Positions 46,496-56,520 of a DNA stretch of 64,000 nt are shown here, one piece after another. Position numbers and translations under genes: made by a program. How positions within the stretch are numbered: the first letter of the stretch is position 1; each line of letters begins with the position of its first letter. A model generated the notes under the pieces. That model worked only from the letters and a program-made list of their open reading frames with translations. It had not been told where the DNA came from and did not search any database. Source of the stretch: Minisyncoccia bacterium (lineage in GTDB: Bacteria > Patescibacteriota > Minisyncoccia > Phycocordibacterales > Phycocordibacteraceae). Location of the stretch: contig JBBQUV010000001.1 in assembly GCA_038212075.1 (NCBI GenBank), positions 35,200-99,199 on the forward strand, read 5' to 3'.

Positions 46496-47572
46496 ATGCT
46501 TGGAGCGCCTTTCTTTGACCCGCTCAAAACCTATTACGAGAATTGGGAGAAAGGACCATTTAATGGATTTGCCGATGGCGTAGTGCTTGATGAAGGTCCT
46601 GCGCTTTTTGATTTTCTTGGTGGACGCATTTCGTATCCGCTTGGTATTCCTGCGGGACCGCTTTTGAACGGAAAGTTTGTAAAAGCGGCGATGGATAAGG
46701 GTTGGACGGTGCCGGTGCATAAAACGGTGCGTACGCGTACGCGAAAATGCAATGAATGGCCGAACGTTCTTGGGGTGAAAGATTTGCCCGGCGACCTTAC
46801 TCTTGAACGTGCGAAAGAACCTCTTGTGGTTACGAATGAATACAGCGAACCACTTTCCATAACGAATTCTTTTGGAAATCCTTCATACGAACCGGAAGTG
46901 TGGATGAAAGATTTAGAAGAGTGTATTTCGTATGCTCGCCCGGGAGAGCTCGTGATGTGCTCGCTTGAAGGAACAAAATGGGACGAAAACTGGACGACGG
47001 AAGAATATGTAAACGATTGGGCAAGTGGAATGCAGATGTTGAAGTCCGCGGGAGTGAAAGTGGTAGAAGCAAACTTGAGCTGTCCGAACGAAGGCGCGGC
47101 AAGTTTGCTTTGCTTTGACGTACCAAAGGTAAAAATGATTGCAATGGCAATCAAAGAGAAAATAGGTGATACACCACTTGTTATAAAAATCGCGTACTTC
47201 GGCGAAGACGAACTTCGAGAGCTTGTGAAAGAAGTGGGGAACATTGTGGACGGTTTTTCTGCAATCAATACCATTCCTGCTCCCGTAGTGAACCCAGATG
47301 GCACGCAAGCGCTTATTGGCGAGCACCGCGTTAAAAGTGGCATTTGTGGACACGCGGTGAAGTGGGCGGGCGTAGACATGGTTCGTCGTCTTGCAGTACT
47401 CCGCAAGGAATTTCATATGGGCTACGGCATTATCGGTTCTGGCGGCGTCACCGTGCCTGAAGATTTTCGTGAGTACCGCGATGCGGGTGCGGATGTAGTG
47501 ATGAGTGCAACGGGTGCCATGTGGAATCCGTATCTCGCTAAAGAAATTAAAGCGATGTATCCAAATGGCTAA
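46496..47572 (+). CDS. pyrD: dihydroorotate dehydrogenase
   Basis: NLSCPN and IIGSGGV motifs. Confidence 0.8.
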   Translation: MLGAPFFDPLKTYYENWEKGPFNGFADGVVLDEGPALFDFLGGRISYPLGIPAGPLLNGKFVKAAMDKGWTVPVHKTVRTRTRKCNEWPNVLGVKDLPGDLTLERAKEPLVVTNEYSEPLSITNSFGNPSYEPEVWMKDLEECISYARPGELVMCSLEGTKWDENWTTEEYVNDWASGMQMLKSAGVKVVEANLSCPNEGAASLLCFDVPKVKMIAMAIKEKIGDTPLVIKIAYFGEDELRELVKEVGNIVDGFSAINTIPAPVVNPDGTQALIGEHRVKSGICGHAVKWAGVDMVRRLAVLRKEFHMGYGIIGSGGVTVPEDFREYRDAGADVVMSATGAMWNPYLAKEIKAMYPNG

Positions 47573-48206
47573 TATGGAAACGGCACGCGAAGTCGCACGA
47601 GCACTCATTGCTATCGGCGCTATTGGATTTAGTGTTGATAAGCCAGTTACATTTGCTTCTGGCATCGTTGCTCCTGTATATGTTGATAATCGTAAATTTC
47701 CTTTTCATCCTGCAGAATGGACAAGGATAATAAATGGATTTGCGGATTTACTAAAAAAAGAAAATCTTTCTGTAGAGGTGATTGCGGGGGTAGAAGCGGC
47801 GGGTATTCCGCATAGTGCGGCGCTTGGATTCCATACCAATACGCCTTCCGTATTTATACGAAAAAAACCAAAAGGCTACGGGATGAATAAATTAGTCGAG
47901 GGTGGAAACGTTTCGGGAAAAAAAGTTGTTCTCGTTGAAGACCTTGTTACTACCGGCGGAAGTAGCTTGAATGCAGTCAGGGCACTTCAAGATGAGGGAG
48001 CAAAAGTAACGGACGTAATCGTCATCGTGACTTACGGCTTTCCTGAATCAGTAGAGGCATTCAAAAATGCAAATGTAACGCTACACTCTCTGACAAGTTT
48101 TCCTATCATTCTTGAAGAAGCACAAAAGCTTGGAAAGCTTTCTTCCGAAGACGCACAGATCATTGAAGCGTGGGCCCAGAACCCCCATCATTGGCGAGAA
48201 GCATGA
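47565..48206 (+). CDS. pyrE: orotate phosphoribosyltransferase
   Basis: PRPP-binding loop VVLVEDLVTTGGS. The start at MANMET overlaps the pyrD stop, and the ORF-track upstream extension is rejected. Confidence 0.8.
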   Translation: MANMETAREVARALIAIGAIGFSVDKPVTFASGIVAPVYVDNRKFPFHPAEWTRIINGFADLLKKENLSVEVIAGVEAAGIPHSAALGFHTNTPSVFIRKKPKGYGMNKLVEGGNVSGKKVVLVEDLVTTGGSSLNAVRALQDEGAKVTDVIVIVTYGFPESVEAFKNANVTLHSLTSFPIILEEAQKLGKLSSEDAQIIEAWAQNPHHWREA

Positions 48207-48787
48207 CCACCTATATTCTTCACGGAGGATATGTGAGGCACAGTAATGAATCTAACGATGCTTACTATCGTAGAGTAATTGAGCTTGTGCCCGAGGGAGG
48301 AACTATACTTTTTGTATACTTTGCCGCTCGTAACGACGAAGGAAATTATGAGGAACTCTATACTGCACAGAAGATGCAGATGGAGCAATTCGTAAATGGT
48401 AAACGCCTGACGTACGTATGTGCCACTCCAGAACACTTTCTTGAAGAAATTAAAAATGCAGACGCAGTACTTATGCGTGGAGGAAGTACCAATACATTAT
48501 TGGAAACGTTACGAACATATCCAGATTTAAAAAACGCGTTTGAAGATAAGGTGGTAACCGGTTCATCTGCTGGCGCATACGCTATCGCCGCATATAACTA
48601 TGACAAGTCACAGCGCACTATGCGCACTGGTCTAGGGCTACTTCAAGTTCGCGCGGTATGTCACTACCAGAGTGAAAACGAAGAAAATTGCGTGGATGAC
48701 GATGGTGTGACAATTATGAACGCTGTCCATGGGGAGCTACCGCTTATTGTTCTAAAGGATCACGAGTGGAAAGAATTCACCGTATGA
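48203..48787 (+). CDS. peptidase S51 family / class I glutamine amidotransferase-like protein
   Basis: GGSTNTLL.....GSSAGA catalytic Ser region; the ATGA junctions on both sides suggest it is co-translated with the pyr genes. Confidence 0.55.
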   Translation: MTTYILHGGYVRHSNESNDAYYRRVIELVPEGGTILFVYFAARNDEGNYEELYTAQKMQMEQFVNGKRLTYVCATPEHFLEEIKNADAVLMRGGSTNTLLETLRTYPDLKNAFEDKVVTGSSAGAYAIAAYNYDKSQRTMRTGLGLLQVRAVCHYQSENEENCVDDDGVTIMNAVHGELPLIVLKDHEWKEFTV

Positions 48788-49581
48788 ATCCAATTGAAAA
48801 ATACGATGCGCGGGTGGAGAAGGTAAATTCGCTTTTGTGCGTAGGACTGGACGCTGATTTTGAAAAAATTCCGGAACGATTCAAAACGTTATCAAACCCT
48901 CAGTTTGCTTTCAATAAATACATTATTGATGAGACGCACGAATACGCCGCGGCATATAAACCAAACGCCGCATTTTATGAAGCTCGCGGGGACAGAGGGC
49001 TTCGCGAACTTAAAATGACCATGGATTATCTTACGGAAAACCATCCAGATGTCTTCACTATATACGATGCAAAACGTGCAGACATTGGAAATACCAATAC
49101 GGGATATGTTTCTGCCATTTTTGATTGGCTTGGGTTTGATGCCATCACCCTTCATCCGTATCTTGGTGGAGAAGCACTCTCGCCGTTTCTAGAGCGAAAA
49201 GATAAGGTAAGTATTGTGCTGTGCCGCACGTCTAATCCTGATTCCAATGAATTTCAAAATCTTGTGGCGGATGGAAAACCATTGTGGCACCATGTGGCAG
49301 AACGCGTCGCAAAGCAATGGAACAAAAACGCCAACTGCATGCTTGTTGTTGGCGCTACGTATCCGGAAGAAATGAAAGCCATCCGTGCCATCGTTGGCGA
49401 CATGACGTTTCTTGTGCCTGGTATTGGTGCACAAGGTGGGGACGTGAAGGCAGTGGTTGAAGCAGGGAAAAATGCTGCGGGAAAGGGACTCATTATAAAT
49501 TCCTCTCGAGGTATTATATTTAGTGATGATCCACATGAAGAAGCAAAGAAATTGAGAGACGAAATTAATCTGTACCGCTAA
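48784..49581 (+). CDS. pyrF: orotidine 5'-phosphate decarboxylase (long type)
   Basis: LCVGLDAD and DAKRADIGNT motifs. Confidence 0.8.
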   Translation: MNPIEKYDARVEKVNSLLCVGLDADFEKIPERFKTLSNPQFAFNKYIIDETHEYAAAYKPNAAFYEARGDRGLRELKMTMDYLTENHPDVFTIYDAKRADIGNTNTGYVSAIFDWLGFDAITLHPYLGGEALSPFLERKDKVSIVLCRTSNPDSNEFQNLVADGKPLWHHVAERVAKQWNKNANCMLVVGATYPEEMKAIRAIVGDMTFLVPGIGAQGGDVKAVVEAGKNAAGKGLIINSSRGIIFSDDPHEEAKKLRDEINLYR

Positions 49582-49589
49582 TCGTTCAG

Positions 49590-49940
49590 GTGTATACTTT
49601 ATATATGAATATACTTCTTCACTGGCTTATATCCGCACTCGCTATTCTTGTGGCGGCATTTCTCATTCCGGGCGTACAGATCTCCATTATTAGTGCCTTT
49701 GTGCTTGCCGTTGTGCTTGGACTCATCAACATAACCCTCAAGCCCATTCTGTTTGTCCTTACTCTTCCGGTCACCATTCTTACGCTCGGGTTATTCTCGC
49801 TCGTACTAAACGCACTTCTTATTATGCTCGCGGCGTTTATTGTGCCGGGCTTCATTGTTGCTGGATTTTGGTCAGCGCTTTTGTTCGCACTTGTCCTCTC
49901 CCTTATTAATCTTCTCTTTGGACAAGGCTGGAAGCTCTAA
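49590..49940 (+). CDS. 4-TM membrane protein, YvlD/phage-holin-4-like family
   Basis: 116 aa, four hydrophobic helices, ends GQGWKL. Confidence 0.5.
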   Translation: MYTLYMNILLHWLISALAILVAAFLIPGVQISIISAFVLAVVLGLINITLKPILFVLTLPVTILTLGLFSLVLNALLIMLAAFIVPGFIVAGFWSALLFALVLSLINLLFGQGWKL

Positions 49941-49945
49941 CCGAT

Positions 49946-50428
49946 ATGAAAAGGCGCCAACGCTTTGGCGGCTATGTCGCGCTTATGGCGACCATTGTTA
50001 TTTCGCTCATGCTTCTTGTGATGGTTGCTGAAGAAGAATTTTCTGGATGGCACATTCGTTTCAATGTGCTTGGCACTGAACAAAAAGAAGAAGCGGACGC
50101 GCTTGCCGACGGCTGTGCGAACCAAGCACTTGCGCGTCTTATTACTGACCCACTGTTTAGTGGAGGCGCTCTAAACCAACTGCCGTCTGGGACTTGCTAC
50201 GTGTACCCTATTACGGTTTCAGACACTGGCGATGTGCTTATTCGCGTGCAGGCGCGAGTGGGTGATGCACTTCTGGAACGCGCTACTGTTTCCAATCTCG
50301 CGTTTTCCACAAACATCAGCACCATTCATATCGGCACCGCAACAGACGCGAGCTACGGTCTTGTTGGTGTCGAGCCACCGTCACTAGACATAACCCCCGG
50401 TTCTTGGCAGGAAGTTCCGACAAATTAA
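49946..50428 (+). CDS. pseudopilin/minor pilin-like protein
   Basis: N-terminal hydrophobic segment GGYVALMATIVISLMLLVMV resembling a degenerate prepilin N-terminus; lies immediately upstream of a type IV pilin gene. Confidence 0.4.
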   Translation: MKRRQRFGGYVALMATIVISLMLLVMVAEEEFSGWHIRFNVLGTEQKEEADALADGCANQALARLITDPLFSGGALNQLPSGTCYVYPITVSDTGDVLIRVQARVGDALLERATVSNLAFSTNISTIHIGTATDASYGLVGVEPPSLDITPGSWQEVPTN

Positions 50429-50481
50429 CTATCCACATCCTGCACTCTCTCCAGGTAATGGAGGGGTACAATGCTAACAAT

Positions 50482-50976
50482 ATGAAAAAACAAAACTTCG
50501 TTCGCGGTTTTACGCTTATTGAAATTCTTGTTGTTATCGGTATCATCGCGGTGCTCGCTGGCATTGTGATTGTCGCTATTAACCCCGCAAAGCAATTTGC
50601 TCAAGCGCGTAACACCGAACGTCAGTCAAATGTAACCGCAATTCTTAATGCCATCGGTCAGCGTATTGCAGACAATAAAGGAATTTTTGCGGGTAACTAT
50701 GTGGTATCGGGAACAACGTATACCTGTGACGCACTTCCACTGACTCCTTCAGATATAAAAAGCGGTGGAGTTGATCTCGGAAAATGCCTTATCCCAACGT
50801 ATATCTCTACACAAATTCCTGTTGATCCAAACGGAGGTTTTTGGACTGACGTCACCGACTACGATACGCAATACACCGCAGGCGTTGACGCCCTTGGTCG
50901 AGTAACCGTGTGTGCGCCAAAGGCAGCACTTGAAACTTCCATTCCGGACGTTAAGGAGATCTGCATAACTCGCTAG
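50482..50976 (+). CDS. type IV pilin (prepilin-type N-terminal cleavage/methylation domain)
   Basis: RGFTLIEILVVIGIIAVLAGIVI class III signal; start chosen at MKKQNF. Confidence 0.8.
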   Translation: MKKQNFVRGFTLIEILVVIGIIAVLAGIVIVAINPAKQFAQARNTERQSNVTAILNAIGQRIADNKGIFAGNYVVSGTTYTCDALPLTPSDIKSGGVDLGKCLIPTYISTQIPVDPNGGFWTDVTDYDTQYTAGVDALGRVTVCAPKAALETSIPDVKEICITR

Positions 50977-51035
50977 CTCTGAACTTCTGGGGCGTATAGC
51001 AAGGGGTTTTCATCCTGTTATACTGGTATGAAGCT

Positions 51036-52214
51036 ATGAAAATCGTTTTGACGGGCGGCGGCACGGGCGGGCATTTCTATCCGCTTATTGCGATTACTGA
51101 AGCCATACACGAAATAGTGGGGGAGCGCCGTTTGGTGCCGCCGCAAATCTATTACTTCGCACCAGCACCCTATGACGACGAAGCGTTGTTTGAAAACGGT
51201 ATTGTATTTGTCAAAATTCCTGCAGGAAAAATGCGCCGATACAAAGCGCTCTCGAATACACTGCACAATATTCTTGACCTTGGCCTTACGGCGCTTGGTT
51301 TTTTTGAAGCGCTTCTTGAACTGTTTCGCATGTATCCGGATATTATTATCTCAAAAGGTGGCTATGGCAGTGTACCGGTAGTGCTTGCCGCAAAAGTAAT
51401 CGGCATCCCTATCATCATTCATGAATCAGACAGTAAACCGGGGCGCGCAAACCTTCTTGCCTCGCGTTTTGCAACACGTATAGGAATAGCCTTTGAAGCG
51501 GCGGCGCTCGCATTTCCCCCTAAAGTACGCGGCAACATCGCTCTTGTTGGTATTCCTATTCGTCGTGAGGTGGCACGTCCGGAAGTGGAAGGAGCAAAGC
51601 AAGAGCTCGGTCTTGATCAAAACGCACCCACCGTACTTATTTTGGGCGGATCCACCGGATCTGCACGTATTAATGAAACCGTGCTTACGGCACTTCCTGA
51701 CTTGGTGGCGTTTGCAAACGTGATTCACCAAACAGGTAAAAAAGAAATTGAAAGTGTGAAAAGCACGAGCAGTGTTATCTTGGGCAAGAATCCACATGCC
51801 GAACGCTACCATCCGTTTGCGTACTTATCTGCGCAATCCATTCGCCGCGCCGCAGGCGCGGCAGACATTATCATTTCGCGCGCGGGATCAACCGCTATCG
51901 CAGAACTTTCGCTTTGGAAAAAGCCGGCAATTCTTATTCCTATTCCAGAATCGCTTAGTCACGATCAGCGCACAAACGCCTACGCCTACGCGCATACTGG
52001 CGCCGCAGAAGTCTTGGAAGAAGCAAATATGACTCCACACGTACTTGTCTCCGAAGCAAAGCGGATAACAAGCAACCACGCACTTGCGCAATCTATGGGT
52101 CAAAAAGGCGGGTCCTTTATGCCGGGAGATGCCGCACGCCTTATTGCGGAAGAAGCATTGCGTATCGCACTTACCCACGAGGAAGATCCCCTTCCTCCAC
52201 AGCAGTCGGTATGA
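51036..52214 (+). CDS. murG: undecaprenyldiphospho-muramoylpentapeptide beta-N-acetylglucosaminyltransferase
   Basis: N-terminal GGGTGGH and C-terminal GT-B motifs. Confidence 0.85.
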   Translation: MKIVLTGGGTGGHFYPLIAITEAIHEIVGERRLVPPQIYYFAPAPYDDEALFENGIVFVKIPAGKMRRYKALSNTLHNILDLGLTALGFFEALLELFRMYPDIIISKGGYGSVPVVLAAKVIGIPIIIHESDSKPGRANLLASRFATRIGIAFEAAALAFPPKVRGNIALVGIPIRREVARPEVEGAKQELGLDQNAPTVLILGGSTGSARINETVLTALPDLVAFANVIHQTGKKEIESVKSTSSVILGKNPHAERYHPFAYLSAQSIRRAAGAADIIISRAGSTAIAELSLWKKPAILIPIPESLSHDQRTNAYAYAHTGAAEVLEEANMTPHVLVSEAKRITSNHALAQSMGQKGGSFMPGDAARLIAEEALRIALTHEEDPLPPQQSV

Positions 52215-53641
52215 ACGTACGCACACGTTTTGCACCAAGTCCCACTGGGTTCATGCACGTCGGCGGCGTGCGCACCGCACTCTATGCGTGGCTCTATGCT
52301 CGCCAGCATAACGGGCAATTTATTTTACGTATTGAAGACACGGATAAGGGCAGGGAAGTGGAAGGATCTATTGGGCACATTATTGAATCTTTGAAATGGC
52401 TTGGTATTGAATGGGATGAAGGAATAGACAAGGGTGGACCCTACGAACCGTATTTGCAGTCTGCACGGCTCGCGTCGTATAAAAAATATGCAGAGCAGTT
52501 AGTGGCAAAGGGGTTTGCCTATCCTGATCCGTATTCGAGCGTCGAATTGGAAGCGTTTCGCAAAAAAGCAGAAGATGAAAAACGTCCCTTTTTATTTCGT
52601 GACCACCGTCCGGAAACATTTGGTACATGGGACGGTGTTCAAGCGCTTCGCTTTAAGGTGCCAGAGGTAAAACGCTATACCTGGAATGACATTGTTCGTG
52701 GCGAACTTTCTGCAGGTGTAGAAGCGTTGGATGACTTCATTTTGATAAAGGCTGACGGATACCCAACCTACAACTTTGCGCACGTGATTGATGACCTTGA
52801 AATGGACATCACGCACATTATGCGTGGCGAAGAGTTTATTTCATCCACTCCAAAATTTTTGTCGCTCTATGATGCGCTTGATATTGATCGACCGGAAATT
52901 GCTACTCTGCCAGTTATTTTGGGCGAAGAAGGAACAAAGAAGCTTGGCAAGCGCGATGGCGCAAAAGATATTTTGGAATATCGCGATGAAGGCTACATGC
53001 CCGAAGCAATGATGAATTTTCTTGCGCTTCTTGGATGGCATCCGGAAGGTGACAACGAACTATTGTCGGCACAAGAAATTATGGGTGCGTTTGATATACA
53101 AAAAGTCCAAAAAGGTGGCGCACGGTTTGATGACCAAAAACTGCTTCACATTAACCAAGCGTGGATGCGAAAGCTTTCGGACGAAGAATATATTGCGCGC
53201 GGAGCATTTGAAGCAGATCCTAAATTGGCACAGATTGTGCCCATGCTGAAAGAGCGCGCCCGCACCTTTGGTGAGGCGCGTCACATGCTTACGGGAGAAC
53301 TCGCGCATCTTTTTTCCACACCATCTCTTGAGCCAGAAAAACTCGTGCATAAGGAACCGGAGGGGAGGAAAGGGCTTACACTTTCTGCGCTCAAAACCGC
53401 CGAAGAAATCATACAAACGCTTCCAGAAGGCGTATCTATCGAATCGGTAAAAGAGGCACTGATGCCACTTGCCGACGCTGAAGAAGTAAAAGGGAAGGGA
53501 GGTAGAGGGGGCGTGCTGTGGCCGCTTCGCTATGCCCTTTCTGGAGCCGACCGTTCACCTGACCCTTTTACTATTATTTCCATACTAGGACCTAAAGAAT
53601 CCTCCGAGCGTATCTTGAAAGCACTTGCTATACTGGAATAG
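52211..53641 (+). CDS. gltX: glutamyl-tRNA synthetase
   Basis: RFAPSPTGFMHVGG (HIGH region) and KLSKR-like KLGKR. Confidence 0.9.
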   Translation: MNVRTRFAPSPTGFMHVGGVRTALYAWLYARQHNGQFILRIEDTDKGREVEGSIGHIIESLKWLGIEWDEGIDKGGPYEPYLQSARLASYKKYAEQLVAKGFAYPDPYSSVELEAFRKKAEDEKRPFLFRDHRPETFGTWDGVQALRFKVPEVKRYTWNDIVRGELSAGVEALDDFILIKADGYPTYNFAHVIDDLEMDITHIMRGEEFISSTPKFLSLYDALDIDRPEIATLPVILGEEGTKKLGKRDGAKDILEYRDEGYMPEAMMNFLALLGWHPEGDNELLSAQEIMGAFDIQKVQKGGARFDDQKLLHINQAWMRKLSDEEYIARGAFEADPKLAQIVPMLKERARTFGEARHMLTGELAHLFSTPSLEPEKLVHKEPEGRKGLTLSALKTAEEIIQTLPEGVSIESVKEALMPLADAEEVKGKGGRGGVLWPLRYALSGADRSPDPFTIISILGPKESSERILKALAILE

Positions 53642-54838
53642 ATGAATTGTGCCCGTCGCTCATGTGCCATCTTTCTCATGTTGCTCATGTTTCCGCTTGC
53701 TTTGTATGCGCAGGACGCTACGGAAAGCACCGGTCAAGCATCTGCGCTTGAACAGCAAATCGCTGCGTATAAAACACAACTAAAAACGCTCGGCGCGCAA
53801 AAGCAAACACTACAGTCAACCATTCAGTCTTTGGATATTTCTCGTTCGGAAATAACGGCACAAATTAAACTCACGCAAAGTAAAATTGGGGACGCGAACG
53901 TTGCGTTGAAAGGGTTGTCATCAGATATTTTGAATAAAGAAGATGCTATCTCACTTGAAAAGGCCGGTGTATCCGGTTCGTTGCGTGACGTTGCCATTTT
54001 AGACGATCACCCACTTGCCGCCGTAGTATTTTCTTCAGATTCATTTGGGAAAGCGTGGGCGGCGATAGACGCTGATACGGTACTTGCCGCATCGCTTCAA
54101 GATCACACAAAAAACCTTGCCTCGGCAAAAACGATACTGGTGGGAAGACAAACAAAAGTGACGGCGGCAAAAAAAGACCTTTCGAATTTAAGCATTGATT
54201 TGTTAAATCAACAGCGGTCACTTGATGCAAATAAAAAACAAAAGCAGGCGCTCTTAGCTCAAACGAAAAACAGTGAAGGAAATTATCAAAAATTACTTGC
54301 TTCAGCACAAGCAGAACTCATCAGTCTTACCGCCTTTACCGCGGGTGGTAGCGCACTCGGCACACAAACCATTTGTGATGATTGGGGTTGCTACTACAAC
54401 CAACGCGACTCTGCGTGGGGAAGTATTCCACTGAACGGTACTCGCTACACACTTCTTTCTGCTGGATGCTTGGTTACGTCTATGGCGATGGTGATGACGC
54501 ATTATGGATATAAAAATGTAACACCTGTCACTATTAATTCGAATCCAGCAAACTTCACTGCATACGCGCCGCTTCTCCTTAAAACCGTGTATGCCGCAGG
54601 AGTATCCGCAACGCGTGTTGATGCCACTATGGACGCCGTGCTTGCTACGGGCAATCCAGTGGTTGTGGGGCTTCACCCGACTAAGGGCGCCACGCACTTT
54701 GTGGTAATCACGAGCGGCAGTAACGGTTCCTATCTTATGCGCGATCCGTGGATTGCTGGTGCAAAAGACGTTAGTTTTACTGCACACTACAGCTTGGCAA
54801 GCATCTACCAAGTAAGTAAGGTCGTCGTTGGTGGTTAA
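53642..54838 (+). CDS. secreted coiled-coil protein with a C-terminal papain-like (peptidase C39-like) cysteine peptidase domain
   Basis: Signal peptide; a long Gln/Leu-rich heptad region; C-terminal GCLVTSMAMVMTHYG, which resembles the catalytic Cys region of the C39-like fold. Confidence 0.55.
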   Translation: MNCARRSCAIFLMLLMFPLALYAQDATESTGQASALEQQIAAYKTQLKTLGAQKQTLQSTIQSLDISRSEITAQIKLTQSKIGDANVALKGLSSDILNKEDAISLEKAGVSGSLRDVAILDDHPLAAVVFSSDSFGKAWAAIDADTVLAASLQDHTKNLASAKTILVGRQTKVTAAKKDLSNLSIDLLNQQRSLDANKKQKQALLAQTKNSEGNYQKLLASAQAELISLTAFTAGGSALGTQTICDDWGCYYNQRDSAWGSIPLNGTRYTLLSAGCLVTSMAMVMTHYGYKNVTPVTINSNPANFTAYAPLLLKTVYAAGVSATRVDATMDAVLATGNPVVVGLHPTKGATHFVVITSGSNGSYLMRDPWIAGAKDVSFTAHYSLASIYQVSKVVVGG

Positions 54839-55446
54839 AGTCCTGCGGTCGGTATTTTGTGCCACTTATTTGAATAGAGGTGCCAGTTTGAAACGTTGGA
54901 TTTTTGTATCGCGTCCCACATGGCTTTTGCTGATTTTGTATAGAGTTTTTTATCGCGCACCAGCTTTCGATTCATTTTTAGTTTTTTCGGGAGTAGGGAA
55001 CCGCGCTCCTCGAGCTCTTTGAGTTCAATATCTATATCCAGATTATCCGCATCTTTTACAATCTTTGCTTCAATAGATGTGCGCGCCTCATATTCGTGGA
55101 GCGTTGTAGTGTGCAAGTCGCCAAGTATAGTATTCGCAAATAAATCTGTTGCCGCCTGCTCTTCATTTGCAGTCGCGTATACCTTCTGTATGTAGCCAAG
55201 GTCTCCGGTGCGAGTTTCAGCAATATCGTGTACGAGTGCCATTTTTAAAATCTTCTCCTCATCCTTCACACCTTCTTTACGCGCCAGTATAAGTGCAATA
55301 AAAGCGACACGAAAACTGTGTTCAAGATTCGTCGCACATTTCATGCCAAAGTGTTGCACCCACTGGCGATCAAAATTACGCATCGTGCCGATTTCGTAGA
55401 GAAAATCGATGTCGCGCGAAACGGCTTTGGGTTGCTTCTTTTTCAT
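54835..55446 (-). CDS. HD-domain phosphohydrolase (YfbR-like)
   Basis: H..HD motif (LVHDIAETRTGD). Confidence 0.75.
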   Translation of the reverse strand: MKKKQPKAVSRDIDFLYEIGTMRNFDRQWVQHFGMKCATNLEHSFRVAFIALILARKEGVKDEEKILKMALVHDIAETRTGDLGYIQKVYATANEEQAATDLFANTILGDLHTTTLHEYEARTSIEAKIVKDADNLDIDIELKELEERGSLLPKKLKMNRKLVRDKKLYTKSAKAMWDAIQKSNVSNWHLYSNKWHKIPTAGL

Positions 55447-55568
55447 TACGCGAAGTATAGCGCGTGAAGAAACGACTAGACAACATAATGTTTATGTGTC
55501 GCAAAATCGTTCAGCCGAGATTCTGGGGCAGGGGATAGGGGAGTGGAATACGGCTTTTCTCCTTTTCT

Positions 55569-55787
55569 TTGTCGCGTTACCATATACCTATGCTTCGTAT
55601 CATCTTCTACCTTGTCGTGGGAATACTTATTTTGTCGTTCTTCGGTATTTCTATTCAAAGCATTATTCACTCGCCCACCGGTCAAGAAAATTTTGGCTTT
55701 GTTGGAAATCTGCTCGCCGCGGGATTTAATTTCATTGTTGACTTCTTTGTAAGTATTATTAATTGGTTCCGTCATCTTATCCCGTAA
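55569..55787 (+). CDS. possible small membrane protein
   Basis: 72-aa ORF with two hydrophobic segments; no other support. Confidence 0.25.
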   Translation: MSRYHIPMLRIIFYLVVGILILSFFGISIQSIIHSPTGQENFGFVGNLLAAGFNFIVDFFVSIINWFRHLIP

Positions 55788-55797
55788 CCCCTTTACT

Positions 55798-56052
55798 ATG
55801 GATCAAGACCCAAATAAGCCTATTTCCGTAACTATTCCGCCGGATGCTACGCCTTCGTTTACGAATGCCACTCAGGTGACCGTTTCAGACGACTCTGTAG
55901 TCATTCAATTCGCGTACCTGCGCCCCAACGCCACCGCTGGTCAGCTTATTGCAGAAGTAGTACTTTCACCCAAACACGCCATCGAATTCAGTAAGTCTTT
56001 GGACAACACGCTCAAGCAACATTTTACGAGGCATTTAAACTCAGAAGTATAG
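55798..56052 (+). CDS. hypothetical small protein
   Basis: 84-aa ORF with an RBS-like sequence upstream. Confidence 0.4.
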   Translation: MDQDPNKPISVTIPPDATPSFTNATQVTVSDDSVVIQFAYLRPNATAGQLIAEVVLSPKHAIEFSKSLDNTLKQHFTRHLNSEV

Positions 56053-56520
56053 GTTTCTGTCTGCGACTATCCGCCGTTGTCTGCGCATTGAATGACATGG
56101 TGCTCAAGAAGCTCATCCAAGGGTGGTTTTGGATGAATTCTTTAGGGAAGGGTTTCTCCCTAGTATAGTGTCGCAAAAGATATATTGTGCGACACTCCTA
56201 TATTAAACTCCCCCACGTACAGAGCTATAAAAATGGCTGGGATTTGAATCGCACGAATTATGTTCTTCCCCACTCTTTTGTTCGCCGCTGAATTATTTTT
56301 GTGGCATGGGTTCTATACGTCCCTTTTCAGTATGTTCTGTATCAAACGTTGAACCACTTCCCCGAACAAAATTTCCTAAAACCGGGGAAGTGATCGGTCA
56401 AAAATACCGACCGTATCAGGGAAGTGACTTCCCTGTTGATAAAAGAGAAAACCGCATCGTCAGGGTGAGTTTGCGGTCCTCTCTCCTTTCGATACGGTTC
56501 GTTGTTGATGATTGTTGTGG

